The notes beneath the pieces were generated by a model. It was not told the origin of the DNA and did not search any database. It worked only from the letters and a program-made list of their open reading frames with translations. DNA of 56,915 nt from an uncultured Dehalococcoidia bacterium (GTDB lineage Bacteria; Chloroflexota; Dehalococcoidia; Lucifugimonadales; CAJWER01). Below are positions 19,177 to 29,100 of this stretch, piece by piece. Location: assembly GCA_964384845.1 (NCBI GenBank), contig CAYLLU010000006.1, positions 1-56,915 on the forward strand, written 5' to 3'. Positions within the stretch are counted from its first letter, which is position 1; every line of letters starts with the position of its first letter. The position numbers and the translations under genes were made by a program.

Positions 19177-19974
19177 TTATCTAAACAAGTCGAATACTCG
19201 GGGACGAATGAGCGGCCCGTAGCCGTTCTCTTCGCGAGAGAAGTGGTGTCCTCTGACTATTGCGACTGGAATATTGGTGGTTTTCCCCATCACCAACTCG
19301 GCGGACGCCGCCAGTTCGTCTATATCCGCTATCTGGGTCACCGCCATCATCTTGCCGACCGAGTCCGATAAACCTCTGTAGTCCCTCAAAGGCGCAATGC
19401 CCGTTGCCCCTATGGCGAAATTGACCTGGCCCTCACGCCATGCTCGGCCAAAGGTGTCCGACACTATCACGGCTACATCGGTTTGGGAGGAGGTTTCTAC
19501 AACCTCTCCTAGGATGCGCTGGGCCGACGCATCCGGGTCCTCTGGCAGTAGTGAGACAAAGTCGTCGCCGGGGATGTTGGATGCATCTATGCCTGAATTG
19601 GCACAGACGAAGCCGTGGTGAGTCTCAGTGATCATTATTCCGCGCTCGGGGTCCATCCTGACTATGGACCGGCTCTCCCTGAGTACTAGCTCGACTAAGC
19701 GTGAGTCGTGGCCGCTTACTTCTGCGAAGTTCTTGGCCAGCGGTGACGGATCGACTGAGCTTAGTCTGACCAGCCGCCCCTCAGTCTTTGACACAATCTT
19801 TTGCGTGACAACGAGGATATCGCCATCTGCGATAGGCGTGCTCTGCATTACGCACGCCTCCACGATAACCTGACCAAGCCGGGTGTCATTAGCGATTTCC
19901 GGCAGTCCCGTGACTCCGAAAATCTCGAGTCGAGGCACCTCTGTAACACATTGTTTGCTGAGATCTGTCTCCAT
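19177..19974 (-). CDS. cofE: coenzyme F420-0:L-glutamate ligase (single-domain CofE)
   Basis: 265 aa with GDILVVTQKIVSKTEGR, ETHHGFVCANSGIDASN and GATGIAP motifs typical of CofE or the FbiB N-terminal domain. No C-terminal nitroreductase domain. Confidence 0.88.
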   Translation of the reverse strand: METDLSKQCVTEVPRLEIFGVTGLPEIANDTRLGQVIVEACVMQSTPIADGDILVVTQKIVSKTEGRLVRLSSVDPSPLAKNFAEVSGHDSRLVELVLRESRSIVRMDPERGIMITETHHGFVCANSGIDASNIPGDDFVSLLPEDPDASAQRILGEVVETSSQTDVAVIVSDTFGRAWREGQVNFAIGATGIAPLRDYRGLSDSVGKMMAVTQIADIDELAASAELVMGKTTNIPVAIVRGHHFSREENGYGPLIRPRVFDLFR

Positions 19975-20077
19975 GACGCCGGGTTATATCATGCGCTGTT
20001 TTGACGTGTCAACGAGAGATGGAAACCCTCCCTCGGCACAGTGGTATACTCATGGCCGTAGCGGAGGAGAAGAAGAC

Positions 20078-20977
20078 ATGAAGTGGAGTCGAGCCTATCC
20101 GATAATGCTTAGGAGTCTACTGTTTGTTCCGGGGAACCGGGCTGATATGCTGGAGAAGGCGTTTGAGTTGGCCCCCGATGTGGTGGTCCCCGATTTGGAG
20201 GACTCTGTCCCCTCGTCTGAGAAGTCCAACGCTCGGGACATCGTGACTTCCTTCATACCAAGGCTGGCAAGGGCGGGTGTGGTGGTTTTACCCCGGGTCA
20301 ACTCGGCGTACACTGGATTGCTCGAAGACGACCTGGAGGCCCTCGTGGGGCCCGACATTCTTGGCATAACCGTCGGCAAAATCGGCAACGCTGATGAACT
20401 CGCTCACGTCGAAGTGCAAGTTGAGAGATTGGAGGCCGAGGCTGGAATTGATCATGGCTCTGTCAAATTGGTGCCTTGGATCGAGACTGCTGCAGCGGTA
20501 GTGAATGCTTACGGAATTTGCGCTGCCTCCCCTCGGGTCCTTGCTGTGGCATTCGGTGCCGAGGATTTTACGAATGATATGGAGATCAAGCGTACAATAG
20601 ACGGCGTCGAGATTGCATACCCGCGGCAGGTCGTCTGTGTCGCCGCCCGGGCCGCTGGTGTGTTGGCTCTGGACACACCCTATGTGATACATAGTGATGA
20701 TGTCGGTCTCAGGCGCGATGCCCGAGTGGCACGAGACTTTGGATTCCGGGGCAAGTTCGCTATTCATCCATCACAGATAGCGCCCATCAGCGAGACTTTC
20801 ACCCCCACTGATGCCGAGCTGGAGTATGCTCGACGAGTCCTCTTCGCCTTTAAGGAGGCAGAGGAGTCTGGTAGTGGTGCCACCTCTCTCGATGGTCAGA
20901 TGATCGACATTCCAGTCGTAAAAAGGGCACGTGGTATTCTGGCACTGGCGTCCAAGACGGTCGTTACTAGGGAGTAG
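20078..20977 (+). CDS. HpcH/HpaI aldolase / citrate lyase beta subunit-like protein (CitE, malyl-CoA lyase/thioesterase family)
   Basis: Start re-set to ATG 20078 (GGAGGAG SD; the ORF track gives 19883). RSLLFVPGNRADMLEKA, PDLEDSV and AFGAEDF motifs. Confidence 0.87.
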   Translation: MKWSRAYPIMLRSLLFVPGNRADMLEKAFELAPDVVVPDLEDSVPSSEKSNARDIVTSFIPRLARAGVVVLPRVNSAYTGLLEDDLEALVGPDILGITVGKIGNADELAHVEVQVERLEAEAGIDHGSVKLVPWIETAAAVVNAYGICAASPRVLAVAFGAEDFTNDMEIKRTIDGVEIAYPRQVVCVAARAAGVLALDTPYVIHSDDVGLRRDARVARDFGFRGKFAIHPSQIAPISETFTPTDAELEYARRVLFAFKEAEESGSGATSLDGQMIDIPVVKRARGILALASKTVVTRE

Positions 20978-20983
20978 GGCACA

Positions 20984-21346
20984 GTGGCAGACAAAATAGT
21001 GTTGGAAGGCATGATTTTTTACGGGTTCCACGGCGCAAGTAGCGCCGAGCAGGAGGTGGGCCAGCGTTTCGCAGTGGATCTCGAGGTCGAGTGCGACCTG
21101 AGCCAAGCTGGACTGTCTGATGACCTCTCCGACACGATCAACTACTCTAAGCTGTTCAAGTTGACCAGGGAGGTTCTCGAAGGGCCAAGCCGGAAACTGT
21201 TGGAGAATGTGGCCGAGACCGTAGCTAACCGGATTCTCGACGAGTACGGCGTCGACGCCGTACTCGTGAGGATCAAGAAACCCGAGGCACCGGTAAAAGG
21301 AAGTGTACTGTCCTACGCGGGTGTCGAGATAACGCGTCCCCACTAA
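20984..21346 (+). CDS. folB: dihydroneopterin aldolase
   Basis: 120 aa with GFHGxxxxEQEVGQRFxVDL and INYSKL motifs. GTG start lies 6 nt after the citE-like stop. Confidence 0.88.
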   Translation: MADKIVLEGMIFYGFHGASSAEQEVGQRFAVDLEVECDLSQAGLSDDLSDTINYSKLFKLTREVLEGPSRKLLENVAETVANRILDEYGVDAVLVRIKKPEAPVKGSVLSYAGVEITRPH

Positions 21347-21545
21347 TTATTATAGGTGTACATGCTTTCTCAAAGGCACTCTTGGCAAAAAGGCGTGTGA
21401 CTTGGCCGAGGTTGCGCCTCCGCCCATATAGTACGAAATCTGCATCACTGACAACTCAAAGGTTATCACCTAGAGGGCATTGCTCCACAGAGTCAGAAAG
21501 TATCCTAATTGCGCACACTCATTGGTCTTGCAGTAGCGCGCTCTT

Positions 21546-21572
21546 CACGCAGCCACATCTAGTGGCTGCGTG
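21546..21572 (+). terminator. strong hairpin, possible terminator downstream of folB
   Basis: Perfect 11-bp stem CACGCAGCCAC / GTGGCTGCGTG with a 5-nt loop, followed by a weak U tract (ATTCTGTTT). Lies 200 nt after the folB stop. Confidence 0.4.
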
Positions 21573-21816
21573 ATTCTGTTTATCTGACTGACTACTGGCG
21601 GCGCAGTTTAGAATATTCATTGTTATTGCGCTTCTAGTAGATTGTGGTCATTGTGCGCTCGGTCAGCTACTGCAAGTCTTACTTAGGAACAATAGAATAT
21701 GTAATGGTAAAGGACGTTATCACGCACTCGACGGAGAGTCACAACTCCCTTAAATCCCAACGTGTTACTAATAAGCCACCTGGTATGCCTATCCAGTGCG
21801 TAGTACAACAGGGTTA

Positions 21817-23424
21817 TTATTTGGCGTGCGCAGCGTGTGCTTCATAGAGATTGGGTGCTCGTCTTGTTGTTAGTGCCGGGTTGATGAAGGTTGAGAACAC
21901 ACGGGCTGAGCCCATATTATGTTCCACTATGGCGTCGACGGCGTCCTGGATGCGTGTGGTATGCAAAATCGGTACCCTCCCGGGGAAAGCCCGATGGATA
22001 TCCTTGAGATACCAGTCAAACTGTAATAGGGGCGCTGCGATGATGGCTACGTCACGCTCCGGGGATTTGACATAACGGACGTACCACAGGGAGAAGACGC
22101 TCTCTTCCCGCTGGCTGATCAGGACTGCACCATCCGGTACGGCGTCTAGGATGCCCGTGGCGTGTAGAAGGGCCCCTCGGTCATCGCTCAGGTCTTGTGT
22201 ACTGTAGTTGAGGGCGAGTGACATCCCCGGCATCAGCACAAAAGCCAGAACTCCTAGGACAAAGATGGGCTGGTAGAGCAGGAGCTTTTGCCAAACAGTT
22301 TTTTGTGCGAGCGCGTCGGTTTGTTGTGACAGGGCTCTGACTATCCCCGTGAATCCCGCTCCTACCCATACGGAGAAGATTAGAAATACAGGGATCATCA
22401 GGACCTCGAAATCGAAGGATCTGTAGGTTATCGAGTAGGTGCTTAGTATGGCGATGGAGGAAAGGGAGGATATAAAAAGTGTACGGAGGCATTTTCTTAA
22501 AGTTAGAGTAGCCATTAATCCTATAAACAGACCAAGGGGGTTGAACTGGGAGAAGACGAGACGTGCCCAGTCGACGAGTCTCTCGAATATGTTCCCCACG
22601 GTGACGCCGAATACGTACTCTTGGTATGGGTGGGCGGAGAGCATCCAAATTGCGCCGCGAAGTGTTGATGCGTTACCCCAGTTTATTGGAGGGTGCTGGT
22701 CGGCCCGCAAAGGTAGGTAGGCGTACATGACGAGTGCGGAGAACAGGGGTAGGTAAAGCCACGGTGATAGAATCGCACGTGTCCCGATAGACTTCCATAT
22801 CCAGTACATGAGAGGGACAGCCACAGCCAGGAGAGTGAGATGGTTTCCTAGACCTAGGCCTAGGATCAGGCCGAAGAGGGCAAGTCTGAACTTTTGCGTC
22901 GTATACCAGAATTCACCGTCGTCGTGACGGTGCAAGGTAAGCCAGGATGCCACGAGCAACAACATCGAGGCGAGCAGCGCGTTGAGTGCGTAGACTTCGG
23001 TGATGACAGCCTGCGACCAGAATAGGGGCGAGGTCGCCAGCACACTACTACCCAGGGCGGCGCCGGTCAGGGCCAGACGTGGCGATGCGCCCGTGGCAGA
23101 TGAGATTCTAAGGATAATCCAAAATGTGACGAAGACGGTGACCGCGGCTAGGGTAGCGGAGAGCAGATTGCCGCGGTAGGCTATATCGCCGATGGGCACG
23201 AGTGCCGTGAATCCCTTCAACAGTAGGGTGTAGGTTGGGTAGCCTGGTGGGTGTGGGATACCAAGGGTGTGAGCCGCCGTCAGCAGTTCGCCGCCATCGA
23301 CACCTTTGCGTTCCCATCCCCAACTCAACGTGGGCGCGAGGGTGGACAGATACAGGGCGAATGAGGCGAGAAGGATTGCCGTGGATACGATCCTAGGCAA
23401 CGATATTGCGTTAGTAGCGTTCAT
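21817..23424 (-). CDS. DUF2723/TMEM260-like polytopic membrane protein (putative GT-C type glycosyl/mannosyltransferase)
   Basis: 535 aa with more than 10 hydrophobic helices. N-terminal LSTLAPTLSWGWERKGVDGGELLTAAHTLGIPHPPGYPTY resembles DUF2723. Confidence 0.8.
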   Translation of the reverse strand: MNATNAISLPRIVSTAILLASFALYLSTLAPTLSWGWERKGVDGGELLTAAHTLGIPHPPGYPTYTLLLKGFTALVPIGDIAYRGNLLSATLAAVTVFVTFWIILRISSATGASPRLALTGAALGSSVLATSPLFWSQAVITEVYALNALLASMLLLVASWLTLHRHDDGEFWYTTQKFRLALFGLILGLGLGNHLTLLAVAVPLMYWIWKSIGTRAILSPWLYLPLFSALVMYAYLPLRADQHPPINWGNASTLRGAIWMLSAHPYQEYVFGVTVGNIFERLVDWARLVFSQFNPLGLFIGLMATLTLRKCLRTLFISSLSSIAILSTYSITYRSFDFEVLMIPVFLIFSVWVGAGFTGIVRALSQQTDALAQKTVWQKLLLYQPIFVLGVLAFVLMPGMSLALNYSTQDLSDDRGALLHATGILDAVPDGAVLISQREESVFSLWYVRYVKSPERDVAIIAAPLLQFDWYLKDIHRAFPGRVPILHTTRIQDAVDAIVEHNMGSARVFSTFINPALTTRRAPNLYEAHAAHAK

Positions 23425-23843
23425 CGTGTGTAATCATATGGTACCGGAATCAGCGAGGTACTTCACTTCCACTGGCCGAATCTGGTGTTGTCCGTGCTCG
23501 GGATGAGGATTTTGAACAGGATGCTTTGGATGGATACGGAGCCTTTACTGCTGCATTTGGCCAAATAGTCCATTATTGGGTGTTTTTGCGGGTAAGTGAC
23601 CCTCAGAGTACTCTTAAAGATGCCCAAGATGAAGTTGACAGTACAGCTGCAATATGGAGGGACAAGCAGTAAAGGCGGATTTTTGGTTGGCATACTTGCG
23701 CACGTGTGGGTGGACTGCCCTCGTGGAGCTTCGAAGCCAATGCTACCATCTCTAGGATGGCTATCTACTGGGAATTAGAGACTGGACCCCGCATTTTATT
23801 CTAATCTCCTGGGGGATGTCCTGGATATCATTTCTGTCCCAAG

Positions 23844-23873
23844 TTGACAGGTTGTGGCACCGAATGGTTATAT
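23844..23873 (+). promoter_or_regulatory. sigma-70-like promoter driving the cobalamin riboswitch leader
   Basis: TTGACA (23844-23849), an 18-nt spacer, then TTATAT (23868-23873). Confidence 0.45.
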
Positions 23874-23929
23874 GGCATGCAAATCCGACGCGTCCAAGGG
23901 GGCGTAGTGTTGTTGGGAAAATTTAATAT

Positions 23930-24118
23930 TTGACAGGGGCGTCTGTCTGGGGATGGTTTCCTGGACGGACCTAAGAGAGGAAGCCGGTCAAAGTCCGGCA
24001 CTGTCCCGCAGCGGTAGGCCCGGGTCCACTTTGGTGGGCGTGTGCGAGTCCGATCAACTGCCCTTGTCTATGTCGATGGCCTTCGAGGAAAGGTACGGGC
24101 ACGGGTAATGTTGCGTAG
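23930..24118 (+). promoter_or_regulatory. cobalamin (B12) riboswitch aptamer
   Basis: GAGGAAGCCGGTCAAAGTCCGGCACTGTCCCGCAGCGGTA (23977-24016) matches the conserved core GGAAGCCGGTGAAAATCCGGCACGGTCCCGCCACTGT. A B12-box-like GCGAGTCCGATCAACTGCCC sits at 24044-24063. The element is upstream of a btuF-type gene. Boundaries are approximate. Confidence 0.85.
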
Positions 24119-24151
24119 CCCTGCATCCGTCTCGGAGCAGGGTATTTTTTT
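24119..24151 (+). terminator. riboswitch expression-platform terminator
   Basis: Stem CCCTGCaTCCG / CGGAGCAGGG (one bulge, 3-nt loop) followed by TATTTTTTT. Confidence 0.8.
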
Positions 24152-24346
24152 GCCCTTTTCGGTTAGGGTGGCATTCGCTGCCCGGAAGGTTCAGAAGTGT
24201 TTTCACTCTGTAGAAAGTATGGCAATGTGTGGGTTAAGGACAGGCGAAAGAGTTTTGGCACTCTACACACCCATTTCCAGCTTTTCCGCTGGCCCCTACT
24301 GGGTCAGAGCAAGAAGATTCGGAAACAGAATGAAGTGTGCTTAGTA

Positions 24347-25351
24347 ATGCGTTCTAAGTCTCAAGTGGAATTGGTGTTGGTCCCAGTGTTAGCGGTCTGG
24401 ATGCTGCTAGTGATTGCCTGTGGCTCGGAGGATGAGCCCACTCGGGTGGCTAGCGATGCAACTATTGCTGCCCCGGCTGTAGCTGTGGCGGTTGCGACCG
24501 AAGCCCGATCTGTCGCGTTGACTGCAGCCCCGACTGCATCATTTATGACGATGCCTTTATTCCCAGTATCCATAACTGGCAGCAATGGTCGCGAGATTAT
24601 CTTCGAAGAGGCTCCAAAGAGGATTGTCGCGTTCGATTCGGCTGTTGTGGAGACACTGTTCGCGATCGGCGAAGGCTGGCGTGTGGTGGGTACGCACGAT
24701 TTCGTGGGATATCCACCCGAGGCTGCGGACATAGTAAAACTGGGTGGTGAGTTCAATCCAAATTTCGAGGCGACCGTGGGACTGGATCCGGATCTAGTGT
24801 TCGTGTTCTCCGAGGGTCTCCTGGAGGAGATGGAGTGGCTTGGTCTGCGGGTGCTGTACTTACAGAGTTTAAGCGACGACTTTAGGAACGTGGCTGACAA
24901 TATCAGGATGTGGGGCAGAATCGTTGGTAGTCGAGTAGCGGCAGGAATAGTTGCGTCGGACTTCGAGTCGCGGATTGCCAGTATAGAGAGGCTAATGAAG
25001 GGACGTGGCGAGGGCCCGACGGTGTTTCAGGATGATGGCGATCTTTGGACACCTGGCCCGGATACGCTAATTGGCCAGGTGTTTGCTTTGTTGAAACTCC
25101 AGAATATCGCCCATGACGTGGATGGGTATGCCCAACTCAGCCCTGAAGTGATCGTGGAGAGAGCCCCGGACATTGTGATCGCGTCTTTTGGTGACAAGAT
25201 AAGTGGCAACCCGGTTTTTGCCGAACTACCGGCAGTGAGAGACGGACGTGTGTATGTGCCAGATAGCGATGCGCTTTCTATACCTGGGCCTAGGTATGTA
25301 GAGGGGCTGGAGGCGCTGACAAAGTGGGTCTATCCGGATCTATTTGACTAG
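24347..25351 (+). CDS. btuF: ABC transporter substrate-binding lipoprotein, BtuF/FhuD (PF01497-like) family
   Basis: Start re-set to ATG 24347 because the ORF-track start 24197 runs into the riboswitch terminator region. Signal peptide with lipobox VIAC. KRIVAFD and PDLVF patterns of cluster-A binding proteins. The B12 assignment rests on the riboswitch. Confidence 0.85.
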   Translation: MRSKSQVELVLVPVLAVWMLLVIACGSEDEPTRVASDATIAAPAVAVAVATEARSVALTAAPTASFMTMPLFPVSITGSNGREIIFEEAPKRIVAFDSAVVETLFAIGEGWRVVGTHDFVGYPPEAADIVKLGGEFNPNFEATVGLDPDLVFVFSEGLLEEMEWLGLRVLYLQSLSDDFRNVADNIRMWGRIVGSRVAAGIVASDFESRIASIERLMKGRGEGPTVFQDDGDLWTPGPDTLIGQVFALLKLQNIAHDVDGYAQLSPEVIVERAPDIVIASFGDKISGNPVFAELPAVRDGRVYVPDSDALSIPGPRYVEGLEALTKWVYPDLFD

Positions 25352-25484
25352 AGGCGCCAATGGGGACGTGCTTGGTTAAGTGCGATCTGAGACACTCCAC
25401 GTTCTTTTCTGAAGGAGAAGTGACAGAAATAACGGGTATTACGCTGGGCTTTACTTTGCATTATGAGAGGAGAATGGACTAGGA

Positions 25485-26558
25485 ATGTTGTCGGTGCTGA
25501 AGGGGAAAAAGCCTGTTGTGGTGGGACGGCTCGGGGGGATGTTTCCTTGGCAGCGATTCGGTCTGGGATTGGTCGCCATTGGACTCCTGAGCGTACTTGC
25601 GTCTGGAATTGGTGCGGTTGGCATTCCTCCGCTCACCGTGGTGAAGATTGTGGTGTCTCGGCTTCCGTTGGTTGATATGGTACAGACGTGGCCGGATACG
25701 TGGGAGACGATCATGTGGCAACTTCGACTACCCAGGGTGACTCTGGCGGCGATTGTCGGAGTCGCTTTGGCGATGTCGGGAGCCACGTACCAGGGGCTGT
25801 TCCGGAACCCGCTGGCCGACCCGTATCTTATAGGCGTCGCCTCTGGGGCCGGTCTTGGAGCGACCATCGTGCTGGTGACTGGTGTGCCGGAGACCTACGG
25901 AGGTATAGGAGTACTGCCCGTGGCGGCGTTTTTAGGGGCGATTGGGGCGGTATTGCTGGCCTGTGGTGTCGCACGTGGTTCCGAGGGACTGCCACTGACG
26001 ACGCTGATCCTGGCGGGAGTCGCGGTGGCAGCGCTTGCGGGTGCAATGACGACACTGCTAATGATACAGAACGATCCTGCTCTGCGACCGGTGCTGTCCT
26101 GGCTATTGGGGGGATTCGCATCGGCCCAGTGGAAGCATTCCGCGGTGGTACTGGTCTATTTGGTGCCAAGTACTATAGTGATGCTCTCATACGGGCGGGT
26201 GCTGAACGTATTGCAGCTTGACGAGGCATATTCAACTCAACTAGGGGTCGATGTCGACAGAGCGAAGTTGATGTTGATAGGTGCGGCCTCACTGGCGACG
26301 GCGGTAGCGGTGGCGTTCAGTGGGCTGATTGGGTTCGTAGGCCTTATCGCTCCCCATGCGGTGCGGCTGTTGTGGGGGCCTGACCATAGGTCACTGATAC
26401 CGATGGCGGCGATAGTGGGTGCAGGGTTTCTGATCCTGGCTGACTTGGTGGCTCGGACAGTCGTGAGTCCGTCCGATCTCCCCGTGGGAATCGTGACGGC
26501 GTTTGTCGGGGCGCCGTTTTTTTTGTATTTACTGAAGAGAAGAAGGAATTATCACTGA
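25485..26558 (+). CDS. btuC: FecCD-family ABC permease (cobalamin/siderophore type)
   Basis: 357 aa with about 9-10 TM helices and RLPRVLxA-like, NPLADPYLIGVASGA and GxIGFVGLIAPH motifs. Confidence 0.92.
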   Translation: MLSVLKGKKPVVVGRLGGMFPWQRFGLGLVAIGLLSVLASGIGAVGIPPLTVVKIVVSRLPLVDMVQTWPDTWETIMWQLRLPRVTLAAIVGVALAMSGATYQGLFRNPLADPYLIGVASGAGLGATIVLVTGVPETYGGIGVLPVAAFLGAIGAVLLACGVARGSEGLPLTTLILAGVAVAALAGAMTTLLMIQNDPALRPVLSWLLGGFASAQWKHSAVVLVYLVPSTIVMLSYGRVLNVLQLDEAYSTQLGVDVDRAKLMLIGAASLATAVAVAFSGLIGFVGLIAPHAVRLLWGPDHRSLIPMAAIVGAGFLILADLVARTVVSPSDLPVGIVTAFVGAPFFLYLLKRRRNYH

Positions 26559-26604
26559 GAGTCAGAGAGAAAAAATAGTAATGTAGGAGGATGAGCGTGC
26601 GATT

Positions 26605-27399
26605 GTGCTAAGGGTTGATGGGCTGTGTTTTGCCTATGGTGAACGGATGGTATTGGATGGTGTAGACCTAGAAGTAGGCAGGGGCGAACTGGTGGGGCTT
26701 GTGGGTCCTAACGGATCGGGCAAGACGACGCTAATTCGATTGATCAGTGGAGTACTCAAGCCCTCGGTGGGGCGAGTCAGTTTTGATGGCCAGGACATGG
26801 CTACTCTCAAACCAAGTGCTCTGGCGCGGCTTGTATCAGTGGTGCCGCAAAACCAGCAGCTTCCGGGCGAATTCACGGTGATGGACCTAGTACTCATGGC
26901 GCGTAACTCTCAGCTGAAGCTGTTGCAGTGGGAGGGGAATAGTGATGTGGAGGCTGCGACCCGAGCTTTGGAGGAGACTGAGGTGCGAGAGTTGGCGGAC
27001 CGGACATCAGGCAAGATCTCTGGTGGGGAACGTCAGCGGGCTGTGGTTGCGATGGCTCTCGCGCAAGACGCTCCTGTGATGATGTTGGACGAACCTACAT
27101 CCAATCTGGACTTGGCGCACCAGACGGGTATCATGGATCTGATAGTGCGGCTTATGGAGCAGCGCGGTAAGGCTGGGTTGGTGGCCATGCACGACCTGAC
27201 TCTGGCGGCCCAGTACTGTGATCGGCTGATCATGCTGTCCGATGGGCGTTGCCACGCTGCGGGGTTGCCTTCTGAGGTGCTCACCGCGAAGAACATTGAG
27301 GCGGTGTATGGGACTGCGGTGTCTTTGGTGCCGCATCCACTGGGAGGGACCCCGGTGGTGCTCCCGGTGCGGTGCGGGATCAAGATAGATGGGTGCTGA
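26605..27399 (+). CDS. btuD: ABC transporter ATP-binding protein (BtuD/FepC type)
   Basis: Walker A GPNGSGKTT, signature ISGGERQR, Walker B MMLDEPTSNLD and H-loop AMHDL. Confidence 0.92.
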   Translation: MLRVDGLCFAYGERMVLDGVDLEVGRGELVGLVGPNGSGKTTLIRLISGVLKPSVGRVSFDGQDMATLKPSALARLVSVVPQNQQLPGEFTVMDLVLMARNSQLKLLQWEGNSDVEAATRALEETEVRELADRTSGKISGGERQRAVVAMALAQDAPVMMLDEPTSNLDLAHQTGIMDLIVRLMEQRGKAGLVAMHDLTLAAQYCDRLIMLSDGRCHAAGLPSEVLTAKNIEAVYGTAVSLVPHPLGGTPVVLPVRCGIKIDGC

Positions 27400-27888
27400 G
27401 GCGGACCTTATCAGTGATGTTACAGGAGCACAAAGAGAGAATTGATGCTGATCTCGGGAGTGAGCTGATATTGTGAATGGGTGCACGGTCATAGTACTTA
27501 ATACCAAGTTCATTGGTGGGTAAGACCCTAGTTGAAAATACGCCATGTCATATCCTGTGATAGGACGGCTACGGGGATGGGCCATTTAAGATGCAGAACA
27601 TGTCCCCGAATTCCTTTCACGACGCAGCAGGGTGCGTAAATTGGATGTTCCACGTAGGTATGGACGCAGGGGATTAAAATCTTGCCGACGGTGGAATATA
27701 GCTCTCGTCGGATTTTCTACGGGTGGGTTGAGGGCAAATTGAAGGATTTGCTCTAGGAGAGTCTAGGCATTTAGGCGGCATATCAGATTGTGGGATGAGG
27801 AGCTAGTTTCACCAGTAGACGAGCATCGGGTTCACCTTAAACGTAGTCCTTATCTCTGAGGATGAGGAGTGTAAGACAGGCTTTTTGA

Positions 27889-28962
27889 CTAGGCCAAAGG
27901 GGCTAGTCGCACGCAGACGGGTCTCGGGACTTCTGTGACGTAGCCGCTCGAGGCTAGTTTTCCGGTCTGCGGGTCTACTCGGAAAGTGACGATGCTGTCC
28001 GAATCCTGGTTGGCGACCAGCAGGATGGTTCCAGTTGGGTCGATGGCGAAGTTGCGGGGGGTCCTTCCCAGGGTAGATTCGTGGCCTACGAGAGACAATT
28101 CGCCGGTGGCCTGGTCGATGGCGAAGACAGTGATACTATCGTGGCCGCGGTTGGAGCCGTATACGAATCGTCCAGAAGGCGAAACATGCACGTCCGCGCA
28201 GTGACTCATATCTGCAAACCCTTCGGGGACGGTTGGCAGCGTCTGCACGGGATCTAGGGCGCCTGTGGCCGGGTCCAGTGTCAGGGAAGTGATGGTTGAA
28301 TCAAGCTCGTTGATGACATAAGCCCGCTTGCCGTCTGGATGGATGTCTAAGTGGCGAGGCCCCGCGCCTTGAGCCAGGAGGACATTCGGTGACGCGGCCT
28401 TGGTCAACTTGCCCTGAGCGATATCCAGTTCGTATGTGAAGAGCTTGTCTAGTCCGAGATCTGCGGCGTATATGAAGCGGTTGCGGGGATCGATGGTGAC
28501 CGAGTGGGCGTGAGGGCCCTGTTGCCGTTCAGAGTTAATGCTGGATCCTTCGTGCTGGACGAAGTCAGATATCTCTCCCAGCCCTCCGTCGTCGCGTATG
28601 GAATAGACGACTAAGCTGCCTGAGCCGTAGTTAGCCAGGACGACGTGTTTAGTAGTGGAATCCACGCACAGGTGGCAGGGGATCGTGCCGACGGTTGGCT
28701 GCGTATTAATCCGGGTCAACTTGCCGGAGCCGGACTCAATCGAAAATGCGCTGACCGAGCCGCCTGTACGTCCCTCGAATTCATCAACCTCGCTGACGGC
28801 GTAGAGGTAACGCTGGGCTGGGTCGAGAGCCAGGAATGAGGGATTTATCATCTCCGTAGCCTCCCCAGTTGGCTCCAGCGCTCCAGTTGTGAGATCCATA
28901 TTGTAGGCGTAGATGCCCTTGCTGGCTGTGTGGGTGTATGTGCCGACGAAGACGAGCGTCAT
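27889..28962 (-). CDS. 7-bladed beta-propeller lactonase (Pgl/YbhE family, 6-phosphogluconolactonase-like)
   Basis: 357 aa. N-terminus VFVGTYT...GIYAY, with repeated xxPRHxxxxPxGxxxYxxNE-like blades (GAGPRHLDIHPDGKRAYVINE, GRTPRNFAIDPTG). Confidence 0.83.
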   Translation of the reverse strand: MTLVFVGTYTHTASKGIYAYNMDLTTGALEPTGEATEMINPSFLALDPAQRYLYAVSEVDEFEGRTGGSVSAFSIESGSGKLTRINTQPTVGTIPCHLCVDSTTKHVVLANYGSGSLVVYSIRDDGGLGEISDFVQHEGSSINSERQQGPHAHSVTIDPRNRFIYAADLGLDKLFTYELDIAQGKLTKAASPNVLLAQGAGPRHLDIHPDGKRAYVINELDSTITSLTLDPATGALDPVQTLPTVPEGFADMSHCADVHVSPSGRFVYGSNRGHDSITVFAIDQATGELSLVGHESTLGRTPRNFAIDPTGTILLVANQDSDSIVTFRVDPQTGKLASSGYVTEVPRPVCVRLAPLA

Positions 28963-29100
28963 TGTGAATGCTCCACTTGTTTTACTGACATTTTAGGCGA
29001 AATATTGGTGAATGTTGCTCACTGTTTCCGCACATCCGATTTGAATTGAATATGGGGACAATGCCTTAGGCGTTCTCGACTCTTCGGATAGTGGGATTGT

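Noticed and set aside
24042-24344. 100-aa ORF overlapping the B12 leader.
   Set aside because: It spans the riboswitch aptamer and terminator, so the RNA element explains this sequence.
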